A stretch of 62,316 nt of DNA, counting the filler, from Actinomycetota bacterium (GTDB lineage Bacteria > Actinomycetota > Acidimicrobiia > IMCC26256 > VFJJ01), in NCBI GenBank assembly GCA_009886115.1. It is 4 parts of 4 records of this genome, joined end to end, with 100 filler letters (N's around TTAATTAATTAA, not from the genome) between each part and the next. Parts side by side here need not be neighbours in the genome. Positions count along the whole stretch, not along the records: positions 47,387 to 62,316 come from VFJJ01000152.1; 3 more parts are not named here. One strand, given 5' to 3'. Below the pieces are notes generated by a model, which did not search any database, had not been told where the DNA came from, and worked only from the letters and a program-made list of their open reading frames with translations. Each line of letters starts with the position of its first letter. Position 1 is the stretch's first letter. Shown piece by piece: positions 48,385-57,113 of the stretch. The position numbers and the translations under genes were made by a program.

Positions 48385-48795
48385 TCAGCCGTAGTCCCAG
48401 CCGACCTCGGCGTTGCCCTGGGGGATCGACGCGTGGGTCTGCACGAACTTCCAGACCCCGTCCTCCTTGTGGAAGACCGACGACCAGCGGGGCGTGAGCC
48501 GGGTGTCATCGGGCAGCGTGATCGTCAACCTGGTGGCCGCCCAACCGACGCCGGCTTCCTCGTAGGCCTCGGTGTCCGACGGCGTGAAGCGGACGTTGCC
48601 GGCGGCGCCCTCGACCTCGCCGGTGAGGAAGGCCGCCACAGCTGGTCCACCCTGTAACCACTCCTCGGCATCGCTGCCGATCAGCCTCACCGCCGGATCG
48701 GCGGAGACGTGCCGGGTGACCAACGATCCGTCGCCCGCCGTCGCCGCGGCGAACCAATCGTGAACGAGTGCTTCGAGCTCGGCCGATCGCCTCAT
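48385..48795 (-). CDS. NTF2/SnoaL-like protein
   Basis: IGSDAEEW, AYEEAGVGWA, RWSSVFHKEDGVWKFVQTHAS. Confidence 0.85.
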   Translation of the reverse strand: MRRSAELEALVHDWFAAATAGDGSLVTRHVSADPAVRLIGSDAEEWLQGGPAVAAFLTGEVEGAAGNVRFTPSDTEAYEEAGVGWAATRLTITLPDDTRLTPRWSSVFHKEDGVWKFVQTHASIPQGNAEVGWDYG

Positions 48796-48886
48796 GGTGC
48801 GCCTCCCTCGACGCGTGGTGGATGAACCGTGTTCGTGCTCCGAGGGTAAGCCGGATCACCGTGTCGCACGAGCGGGACCGTCAGGG

Positions 48887-51332
48887 CTACAACCCACGCG
48901 CCTCCTCGGCGGCGATGGGCCCGAGGGCGTCGCAGATCCGGCGGCGTAGCTGGGCGACGGGCTGCCTGCGGTGCTCGGCCAGCCGAGCCTCGAACGCCGC
49001 CGCGCCGAGCGCCTGCACAGCCAGCTCGGTGGCCGCCGCGCGATGCTCGCGCTGCCAGGGACGACCCCCGTGTCCCGTCTCCTGCCGAAGGATCTGCCCC
49101 GCGGCAAGTGCTGCGACCGCGTCGTCGACGCTCCCGGCTGAGGCCAGCACAAGCGCGCCGAGCTCCAGGAGCGCCATGATGGGGAACGGCGCGGTGGCAC
49201 CCGGCGCGAGCCCGCGCCAGCAGTCATCCGCTGCTCCTGGCAGGTCCCCGGCCGCCATGCGGACGGTGCCCCGGTAGCCGAGGCCGAACGTCACGTTGTC
49301 GGGTCCGAGCGCGTCGCCGAGCCGGACGCCCTGGTCCAAAAGCGCGAGCGCCCGCTCAGGATCGACGCTCCGATACGCGAACCCGAGACAGTCCCACGGC
49401 CAAGGTCGCCAGGAACCCCAGAGCCCCCAAGGCGCGGATCCGGACGTCGTCGTCGACGTCGATTGCCGACCCCACCGCGGCATCGAGCGCCGAGTAGACC
49501 ATCCCCGGGCCCAGAGGCATCGTCCAGTTCTTCAGGGCCAGGGCCATCTCGCAGGCGCGGGTCAGCTCGTCGACGGCGACGAGATGGTCGAGGGCGGCGA
49601 GGAGGTCGTCGCGGCACGCGGTGAGGATGGCGAAGGCCGGGGCGCCGTCCTCACGGATCACCTTCGGGCCGAGCTCGATGGCCCGATCGGCGAAATACTC
49701 CGCGTGCCTGAGATACCAGCGCGGCGCATCGCTAACGAGCTTCTCGCGAGCGAACTCGCGCACCGTCTCCAGGAGGCGGTACCGGGCGAGCCCCCCATCC
49801 GCATCTCGAGCGACGAGCGACTTCACAACGAGCTGCGACACGAGGTCCACGACGTCAGGGCCGTCCATGCCAGCCGTGCCATCCCGCACTCGACCGCCGC
49901 CGTCGGAGCCGTCCAACTCCGGGCCATCGAGGTCGGGCCCGCCCAGGATGGCCTCGACGTCGGCCAGGCCGAACGATCCGGCAAACACCACCAGGCGGGC
50001 CAACACGAGCTGCTCGGCCCGTGAGAGCAGCTCGAACGACCAGTCGAGTGTGGCCCGCAACGTCTGGTGACGTTCGACCGCGACCCGACGACCACCCCGC
50101 AGGAGCTTCAAACGGTGGTCGAGCCGGGTCACGATGTCCTGCGGCGACATCGACCCGGCTCGCCCGGCAGCCAGCTCGATGGCCAACGGGATGCCATCGA
50201 CGTGGCGGCAGATCTCGTTGATCACCTCGAGATCGGCGCCGCTCGGGAGCCGACCTCCGGCGTCGATCGACCGTTCGATGAACAGCCTCACCGCGGGGCT
50301 GTCCCACCCCGCCGACCCGTCCCCGGTCGCGCCGGCAGTGGCGAGCGAGGGGACGCGAACGACCCGCTCGCCCATGACCCCCAACGGTTCCCGGCTCGTC
50401 GCCAGCACCCGCACCCCCGCCGTACCGGTGATGAGCCTGTCGACGAGCTTCGCCGCCGCTTCCACCACGTGCTCGCAATTGTCGAGCACCACGAGCATCG
50501 ACGCCGCTGCCAGATGCTCGGCCAGGTCGTCAAGGGCTTCCCTTCCTGGCCGTCGAGGGCACCGCACCAATGTCGCCAGGTGCCCGGCCACCTCGTGGGG
50601 GTCGGTGACCGGCGCCAGCTCGCACAGCCACACCCCGTCACCGAGCTCACCCAGCAGCGTCGCCGCCGTGTGCACGGCCAGGCGGGTCTTGCCGATCCCG
50701 CCCACCCCGCACAGTGTCACCAGTCGAGCCTCCCCCAGCTGGCCGGCCAGGTCGGCGACGAGTTCCTCGCGACCCACGAACGACGTCACCTGGATCGGCA
50801 GGTTCGTCTTCGACTCGTCGACGCTCCGGAGGCGGGGGAACGACCCGTTCCCCAACTGCCACATGCATTCCGTGCCCGACAGGTCGCGTAACCGGTGCTC
50901 GCCCAGGTCGACCATTCCCGCGTTACCCACGATGCCTGCGGTGGTCGCCGACACCAGCACCTGCCCACCATGACCCGCGGCCATCAGCCGAGCGGCCCGG
51001 TTCACCGCCGGCCCGAAGTAATCGCCGTCGCGCTCCTGCGCCTCGCCGGTGTGGATACCCATGCGCACCCGGATCATCGGATGACCCGCCAGTGCTGTCT
51101 GCGCCTCTGCCGCCGCGGCGACACCGTTGGCCGCCCGGGCGAACGCCACCGCGAACCCGTCGCCACCGGTCGCGAACACATACCCGCCATGAGCCTCGAA
51201 CGCCGCGCTCAACAGCGAGTCGTGCTCGGCCAACGCGGCCCGCATCTCCTCGGGCCGTTCCTCCCACAACCGCGTCGAACCCTCGATATCAGTGAACAGG
51301 AAGGTCACCGTCCCCGACGGCCCTTCGCTCAT
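48887..51332 (-). pseudogene. Class III cyclase + STAND ATPase + TPR-like tail, frameshifted near 49390
   Basis: MSEGPSGTVTFLFTDIEGST, GVGGIGKT, LDNCEH, TSREPL, DGIPLAIELAA, RHQTLRATLDWS, YRLLETVREF. The frame stops at 49356, while the helical tail (GFAYRSVDPERALALLD..ALGAAAFEAR) continues in another frame to 48887. Confidence 0.8.
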
Positions 51333-51394
51333 TGCGGCACGGTAGCTCCGACCCGCGGGCCGAGCATTCCCAACCGCTCCGAGCGCGATTCCTT

Positions 51395-51757
51395 GCTCGT
51401 AGCCCCGAGGGGGCCCGGGCCTTCGCCGAGCAGCACGGCATCGCGACCATGCACCCGAGCTACGAGGTGCTGATCGCTGACCCGTCGATCGAGGCGATCT
51501 ACAACCCCCTGCCGAAAAGCCACCAGTGCGAGTGGACACTGCGGGCCCTGGCCGGTGGCAAGCACGTGTTGGTCGAGAAGCCCTTCGCAGCCAACGCTGA
51601 CGAAGCCCGGCAGATCGAGTCGGCCGCCACCCAGACCGAGCTCGTGGTGATGGAGGTCTTCCACTGGCGCTTCCACCGGCAAGCCGACCGCATGCTGGAG
51701 CTCGTGCGGTCGGGTGCGATTGGTGACATCCGCCATGTCAGAGCCACCGTCTGTTGA
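51395..51757 (+). pseudogene. Gfo/Idh/MocA oxidoreductase remnant
   Basis: SYEVLIADP.IEAIYNPLP..H.EW..AL.GKHVLVEKP..MEVFHWRFH..GAIGDI. Both the N-terminal Rossmann motif and the C-terminal domain are missing. Confidence 0.85.
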
Positions 51758-51807
51758 GCCAGATAGTTTCGAGAATTCCCTTGTGTTTGTTGGGGATTCT
51801 GGTATCA

Positions 51808-51823
51808 TCGAACACATGTTCGA
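51808..51823 (+). promoter_or_regulatory. LexA (SOS) box overlapping the -10 region and start codon
   Basis: TCGAACACATGTTCGA matches the actinobacterial consensus TCGAAC-N4-GTTCGA. TATCAT at 51803-51808. Confidence 0.9.
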
Positions 51824-52997
51824 GGCGTTGCGGGAGGTGGTCGAGACACTGGAGATACCCCCGACCGGCGACGCGCTCCGCGAGACCTGGCGGCTGGTCG
51901 ATCAACTCACCGCCCGGGCCCGAGAAGCCACCGCCGAGTTCGACGCCCTCGACGGCCCAGCCACCGAAGGGGCCTTATCGACGCTGTCGTGGCTGAAGCA
52001 CCACACCGGGATGGACGACACCGTCGCCGGCCGGCACCTCAAGGCGGGGCGGCGATTACGGCACTGGCAGATCACCGCGACCGCAGCACGATCCGGGGAA
52101 CTCTCGGGTTCGCAGGTCGAGGTGATCTGCGCCCAGGTCCCCACCCGGGCAGTCGAGCGGTGGGCCGAGCACGAACCGCTGATGGTTCCGACGCTGGTCG
52201 GTGGCGACGTCGCCCAGACCCGGCTGGCGATGGGCCGCTGGCGTCAGGTCATCGACGGTGTCGACGACGAGAAGCCACCAGCCGAACGGAACGACCTGTA
52301 CCTGTCGGTGTTACCCGATGGCGGGCAGCGGATCGACGGGAACCTCGACCACAAGACCGGTGCCGTCGTCGGCGACGCCATCCGGGCTGCGATGCGTCCC
52401 GACCTCGACGGTGAACCCGAACGAACCCCGGCCCGCCGCCGAGCCGACGCCCTCGGCGACATCTGCGCCTTGTACCTGGCGCATCAGAACACCCCGGCTA
52501 CGGCTCGGCAACGTCCCAGCGCGCATGTGGTCATCGACTGGGACGCACTCACCGGCATGGCCCGGCCCGGGTCGAGTCACTGGCTCGACGGGACACCGAT
52601 CTCCAACGCAGCGATCGCCCAGGTCCTCTGCGACGCCAACATCCACCGGGTCATCGTCAGCGGTGCCAGCGCCATCCTCGACTACGGGCGAGGCACGAAA
52701 GCCGTCCCCACCAACCTCTGGACCGTCATCGCGCTCCGCGACCGGCACTGCCGCTTCCCCGGCTGCGACATGCCCATCCCCCGCTGCGACGCCCACCACG
52801 TCAACCATTGGCTCCACGGCGGCCCCACGAACCCGACCAATATCGTGCTCCTGTGCGAACGCCACCACACCCTCATCCACCTACCCGGCTATGAGATGAA
52901 ACTCCTCCCCGACGCCACCGTCGAGATCACCCTCCCCAACGGCCGCACCCTCACCAGCCACCCCCCACCCCTCACCCGCGCAGGCCCGGGACCATGA
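51816..52997 (+). CDS. DUF222 + HNH endonuclease protein (REP13E12-like, putative mobile element)
   Basis: SWL..TGM, RRRADAL..C, LCDA, ILDYGR, RDRHCRFPGC..CDAHHV.HW..GGPTN..N..LLC..HH. Confidence 0.92.
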   Translation: MFEALREVVETLEIPPTGDALRETWRLVDQLTARAREATAEFDALDGPATEGALSTLSWLKHHTGMDDTVAGRHLKAGRRLRHWQITATAARSGELSGSQVEVICAQVPTRAVERWAEHEPLMVPTLVGGDVAQTRLAMGRWRQVIDGVDDEKPPAERNDLYLSVLPDGGQRIDGNLDHKTGAVVGDAIRAAMRPDLDGEPERTPARRRADALGDICALYLAHQNTPATARQRPSAHVVIDWDALTGMARPGSSHWLDGTPISNAAIAQVLCDANIHRVIVSGASAILDYGRGTKAVPTNLWTVIALRDRHCRFPGCDMPIPRCDAHHVNHWLHGGPTNPTNIVLLCERHHTLIHLPGYEMKLLPDATVEITLPNGRTLTSHPPPLTRAGPGP

Positions 52998-53200
52998 ACC
53001 GAACGGGTCTCGCGCCTGCTGGCGCTGGCGCCGCTCGGTGGTCAGGATCAACCTGACCATGGTGCGGGAGGTCTCGTGGCGCAAGAATCGATCCTCGTGA
53101 ATATTGGCGCGGCCATGCAGCGATTCTCGTTCAACGACAGTTGGGGGCACCGCGTGGCGATCTCGGGACACCCTTGGGATACTTCCGACAGGTTCCGCCG

Positions 53201-53240
53201 CGGACATTGACCCGAACGCTCGGATGCCGTACAATGTCCG
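53201..53240 (+). promoter_or_regulatory. Sigma-A promoter of the TA operon with an inverted-repeat operator
   Basis: TTGACC(53207)-N17-TACAAT(53230), overlapped by CGGACATTG / CAATGTCCG. Confidence 0.8.
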
Positions 53241-53255
53241 GCGGAGGTGGTGGTG

Positions 53256-53537
53256 ATGGCCGGTCGCACCGATCGTATCGAGGCTCGAATCGAGCCGGAG
53301 CGGGCTGAGCGGATCCGGTTTGCTTGTGAACTGGTAAACGAGTCGGTGAGCTCCTTCATGGTGCAAGCCGCCGCTGAACGAGCCGAACAAGTCATCGCCG
53401 AGCACGCCTTCACCGTTGTCGACCGCGACTACTTCGACCGGCTCATCGAGGCACTTGATCAGCCGCCGACGCCCGTGACGGCTCTCACCAGGGCGGCCCG
53501 TCGTGTCGCCGAAGCACCGGCCTTCGACCGGCACTGA
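53256..53537 (+). CDS. DUF1778 (TacA/AtaR-type RHH) antitoxin
   Basis: RTDRIEARI..I..A..SVSSFMVQAA..AEQVI..FDRLIEALDQPP.P..L. Confidence 0.9.
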   Translation: MAGRTDRIEARIEPERAERIRFACELVNESVSSFMVQAAAERAEQVIAEHAFTVVDRDYFDRLIEALDQPPTPVTALTRAARRVAEAPAFDRH

Positions 53538-53542
53538 CCCCT

Positions 53543-54103
53543 GTGCCCTACCGGTCCCAACGGCTCGCGGCCGATCACGACCTCGGCACCTTCACCACCG
53601 GCGAAGCCACCTTGGACACGTGGCTGCGCAACAGCGCCGCCAACGCCGACCGCATGGGGACCGCACGAACCTTCGTCTGGGCCGACGACCAACGACGCGT
53701 CGTCGGGTACTTCAGCTTGTGCCCCCACGAGATCCGTCGAGATGCCCTTGCGACCAAGATCGGCCGGGGCTCGCCCGACACCATCCCGTCGATCCTCCTG
53801 GCCCGCCTCACCCTCGACCGAGACCTCCACGGCCAAGGTCTCGGCGCCCAGCTCCTCGTCGACGCCATCGGCCGCGCCGTCGACGCCACCCGAGTCGCAG
53901 GCGGACGGTTCATCGTCATCGACGCTCTCCACGCGACCGCCGTCGCGTTCTACGCGCATCACGGGTTCGCACAGACTTCGAACAACCCCCTCCGCTTGGT
54001 CATGAAAGCCTCCGACGCCGCCACGTCGCTCGGACGCAACGCCCCCCCTGACCACCCCCTGGCCCGATCGCAAACAGGTCCGAGCACGGCCGATTCTGCA
54101 TAG
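53543..54103 (+). CDS. GNAT acetyltransferase toxin (TacT/AtaT-type)
   Basis: HD..F..G..LD.WL, VVGYFSL, P..LLARL.LD..HGQGLG..LL.DA, IDA..AFY..HGF. Confidence 0.9.
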   Translation: MPYRSQRLAADHDLGTFTTGEATLDTWLRNSAANADRMGTARTFVWADDQRRVVGYFSLCPHEIRRDALATKIGRGSPDTIPSILLARLTLDRDLHGQGLGAQLLVDAIGRAVDATRVAGGRFIVIDALHATAVAFYAHHGFAQTSNNPLRLVMKASDAATSLGRNAPPDHPLARSQTGPSTADSA

Positions 54104-54189
54104 ATGCTGGGCTAGATGCCCATGAGCTCATCGTGGCACAGCCCGTCCGCCCGGTCGACGCCCAGGTCAGCTCCGCGGGCCGAGTTGTT

Positions 54190-54849
54190 CTATTGGCTGG
54201 CGCGGAGGCGTATGGCGTCGACGTCGACGAGGGCGATATCGCGGCCGCGCGACGTGATCCACCCCAGCTCCCGCATGGTGCGCAGGGCCTTGACGACCGC
54301 CTCGCGCGACAGCCCCATCCACGACGCCAGGTCGGCCTGCGAGACCGGCAGGTGGACCTCGGTTGACGATCCGGCCAGTTCGACCAGGCGTGCGCACGTC
54401 CGCGAGAGCGCATCGGCACTGCCGAACTCGACCTGCCGTCTCGTGGCGCCCCGCACCCGGTCGGCCAGCGAGCGCGTGAGCTCGATGGAGACGCGGGCGT
54501 TGCCGGCGAGGAACCCCAGGAAGTCCTCGTGGCGGACGTGGGCGATCTCGACACGGTCGAGCGTCGTAGCGGTGGCCGAACGAGGCCCACCGTCGATGGC
54601 CGAGAGCTCGCCGACAATCGAACCCGGACCGAGCACGTCGATCACCACATCGTGGCCGTTCGCGGTCGAGACCGACACCTTCACCCTCCCAGACAGCACC
54701 ACCAGGACCGTGTAGCCGTCGTCTCCCTCGAGGAACAAGGTCGTCGCCGGCCCGTACGAACGCCGCCGGGCCAGCTCCAGCAACGCCCCACGGTCGTCGT
54801 CGTCGAGCCGATCCAGGAAGGCCTGCCCAACGTGTGCGTCACGCTCCAC
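54190..54849 (-). CDS. Crp/Fnr family transcriptional regulator (start uncertain)
   Basis: LFLEGD, SGRVKV, GELSAIDGGPRSAT, SQADLASWMGLSREAV. Confidence 0.92.
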   Translation of the reverse strand: MERDAHVGQAFLDRLDDDDRGALLELARRRSYGPATTLFLEGDDGYTVLVVLSGRVKVSVSTANGHDVVIDVLGPGSIVGELSAIDGGPRSATATTLDRVEIAHVRHEDFLGFLAGNARVSIELTRSLADRVRGATRRQVEFGSADALSRTCARLVELAGSSTEVHLPVSQADLASWMGLSREAVVKALRTMRELGWITSRGRDIALVDVDAIRLRASQ

Positions 54850-55028
54850 AGCTCCGCACGATAAGCCCAGCACGACGGCTCGAGCCGCCCCGGCCGAACG
54901 TGGCTGGGTACGGATACCCAATCCGCAGTGCCATCGTCCGCTGCACGACCGGCCGAGAATGGGCACCATGGAGACATCGAGGTGACCAACGGCCTCCGAA
55001 CGAGGCCTACCGAGACCAGGAGAAACCC

Positions 55029-55457
55029 ATGCGTCGAGCCCTGTCCACCAAGAACGACCGTCTGTTGGCCGTCCCGATGTTCTCAGCCTGCACCCGCAAG
55101 GAGCTCGACCTCGTGGCCAAGCTCACCACCGAGACGGAGCTCCCCGAGGGCAGCGTCCTCATCGCCGAGGGTCAACCCGCCCACGAACTCGTGATCATCC
55201 TCGAAGGTGACGCCATCGTGACCCGCAAGGGTCTCGAGGTTTCCCGGATCGGCGCCGGCGACTTCGTCGGAGAGGTCGCCCTGCTCGACAACGGCCCCCG
55301 GACCGCCACCGTCATCGCCACGTCTCCCCTACGCGTCGAGGTGATCGAAGCACGCGACTTCGAGCAGCTCATGCAGGAGGTCCCCACGGTGACCCGGAAG
55401 GTCGCCATCGGCCTGGCCCGTCGCCTCCGGGCCTCCGACGAGATGCTGACCGGCTGA
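55029..55457 (+). CDS. Stand-alone cyclic-nucleotide-binding domain protein
   Basis: VPMFS, EG, GDFVGEVALLDNGPRTATV. AGGAG RBS upstream. Confidence 0.9.
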   Translation: MRRALSTKNDRLLAVPMFSACTRKELDLVAKLTTETELPEGSVLIAEGQPAHELVIILEGDAIVTRKGLEVSRIGAGDFVGEVALLDNGPRTATVIATSPLRVEVIEARDFEQLMQEVPTVTRKVAIGLARRLRASDEMLTG

Positions 55458-55485
55458 GGTACCGACCAACGGGGATCGGGTCGGC

Positions 55486-55683
55486 TCAGGGTTTCCGTCC
55501 GAGCGCGCCGAGGAGGCGCGCCTGGGCTGGGTCCTCGGATGCTGCGGGTTGCTCGGAGCCGAACATGCCGCTGCCCGCGAGCATCGACTGCTCGCGCGTC
55601 GGGTCCCGGCCGATCCCGAGGACGAACCGGCGAGTCGAGTCCAGGGCCCGCCGATGGAGGGCCGCAACGTCAATGGACGTCAT
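55486..55683 (-). pseudogene. TIGR03086/MDMPI-like protein remnant with an internal deletion
   Basis: N-terminal AALHRRALDSTRRFV.GI is joined directly to a C-terminal-like SGMFG..QARLLGALGR. Only 65 aa. Confidence 0.6.
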
Positions 55684-55685
55684 CG

Positions 55686-56066
55686 TCAGCCCTTCACGTA
55701 GGAGAGCTTCTCGCACACCTTGTTGGCTCTGACCCGGAACAGGTCGACCCCTCGGATGTGACCACCGTCCCAGGAGTAGCGCCAACGCTGCACCACCCGA
55801 TCGCCGGCCGCCACGATCTCCTCGACCTCGAAGCGGCTCGCCGGATCGTCGAAGATCGTCTGCCACGCCGTGCGGATCGCGTCGGGACCAACGTGCATGA
55901 CACCGTCGGGGGCAGGACCCGTGGCGTCGAAGCGGCAGTCGTCGGTCACCAGCGCCAGCGTCGCTTCCAGATCGTGCGTGCCCCAGGCGTGATTGAACGC
56001 GTCCACCACGGCCAGCACCCCGTCGTTGGAGCTCACGTCATTCGCCTCGTCGTCTCGCGTCTTCAT
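55686..56066 (-). CDS. SnoaL/NTF2-like protein
   Basis: FNHAWGTHDL, TDDC.F..TGPAPDG, RGVDLFRV..KLSYVKG. Confidence 0.88.
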   Translation of the reverse strand: MKTRDDEANDVSSNDGVLAVVDAFNHAWGTHDLEATLALVTDDCRFDATGPAPDGVMHVGPDAIRTAWQTIFDDPASRFEVEEIVAAGDRVVQRWRYSWDGGHIRGVDLFRVRANKVCEKLSYVKG

Positions 56067-56170
56067 CTCGCGCCACCGCCGACGATCCTGAGCATCTCGA
56101 CCCGTCCATGGGGGAACGCTCCTGTCTCGTCGGGTTCGTCAACGCTCCGGTGCTCGGTCTCGTGCATCAT
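56063..56170 (-). pseudogene. Probable cupin-protein N-terminal remnant (35 aa)
   Basis: GGAGG RBS, then MMHETEHRSVDEPDETGAFPHGRVEMLRIVGGGAR*, which resembles the 'S..PDE.R.F..G.VE' start of small actinobacterial cupins. ATGA overlap with the SnoaL gene. Confidence 0.5.
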
Positions 56171-56263
56171 CAACCTCCGTGCCGTCTTGTCGACTCGAAC
56201 GCTCGATCGATCCGGCCCGCTTCTGCAGACGGGTGCTCGTGGGCTCCGACCCGCGGGATATGG

Positions 56264-56281
56264 TGACCTACTAGTAAGTCA
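56264..56281. promoter_or_regulatory. Putative TetR operator
   Basis: Near-palindrome TGACCTACTAGTAAGTCA, AT-rich, between divergent genes. Confidence 0.75.
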
Positions 56282-56329
56282 GGTGTCAAGGCCCATCCGC
56301 TGGTTCATCGTGACCCTGGGAGCCCGATC

Positions 56330-56923
56330 GTGACGACCCCTCGACGTGGCAGCGGCGCGACCGCAGCCCGGGTGCTCGACACCGCCGAGCGCCTCGTCCA
56401 GACACGCGGCTTCAACGCCGTGAGCTATGCCGACATCGCCGCCGAAGTGGGTATCACCAAGGCGGCGCTGCACTACCACTTCCATGGCAAGGCCGAGCTC
56501 GGCGCTGCGCTCGTCAACCGTTACACCGCCCGGTTCACCGCAGCCCTCGAGGCGATCGATCGCGACCTCACGGCCACACCAGCGAAGATCGCGGCGTACG
56601 CGGGCATCTACGTCGACGTGCTCCGAGACCATCGAATGTGCCTGTGCGGCATGCTCGCCGCGGAGTACCAGACCCTCCCGTCGCCGATGCAGAACGCCAT
56701 CGTCAACTTCTTCGACATCAACGAGGCCTGGCTCGAAGCAGTCCTCGACGACGGCCAACAGAAAGAATCGGCCCACTATCGGGGATCAGCGAGGGAGGCG
56801 GCACGCATGATCATCGGAAGCCTGGAAGGGGCCATGCTCGTCGCTCGCCTGCACGACGACGTCACCCGCCTCGAGATCACCGTCGATCAGATGCTCACCA
56901 CGCTCAGCCACCCCACTCCCTGA
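56330..56923 (+). CDS. TetR/AcrR regulator (NemR-like)
   Basis: LDTAERL..RGFNAVSYADIA..GITKAALHYHF..K, MCLCGMLAAE, LEGAML. Confidence 0.93.
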   Translation: MTTPRRGSGATAARVLDTAERLVQTRGFNAVSYADIAAEVGITKAALHYHFHGKAELGAALVNRYTARFTAALEAIDRDLTATPAKIAAYAGIYVDVLRDHRMCLCGMLAAEYQTLPSPMQNAIVNFFDINEAWLEAVLDDGQQKESAHYRGSAREAARMIIGSLEGAMLVARLHDDVTRLEITVDQMLTTLSHPTP

Positions 56924-57113
56924 CTCCCTGGCCGGGGCATGAGACGAGGGGTTCGAGTTGGTATCGCACAAGAGCAGGATGAGCGCATGGGAACGCCGGG
57001 TTGAGGTACAGGGCACCTGGTGGTAGCGAGTGGGCACATCGCTTCGACCGGCAGGCCCACCGCCCGCCCCGCCCGCCCTCGCTTCCAAGGGCCGGGGGGC
57101 AGCGGGATGGGCC

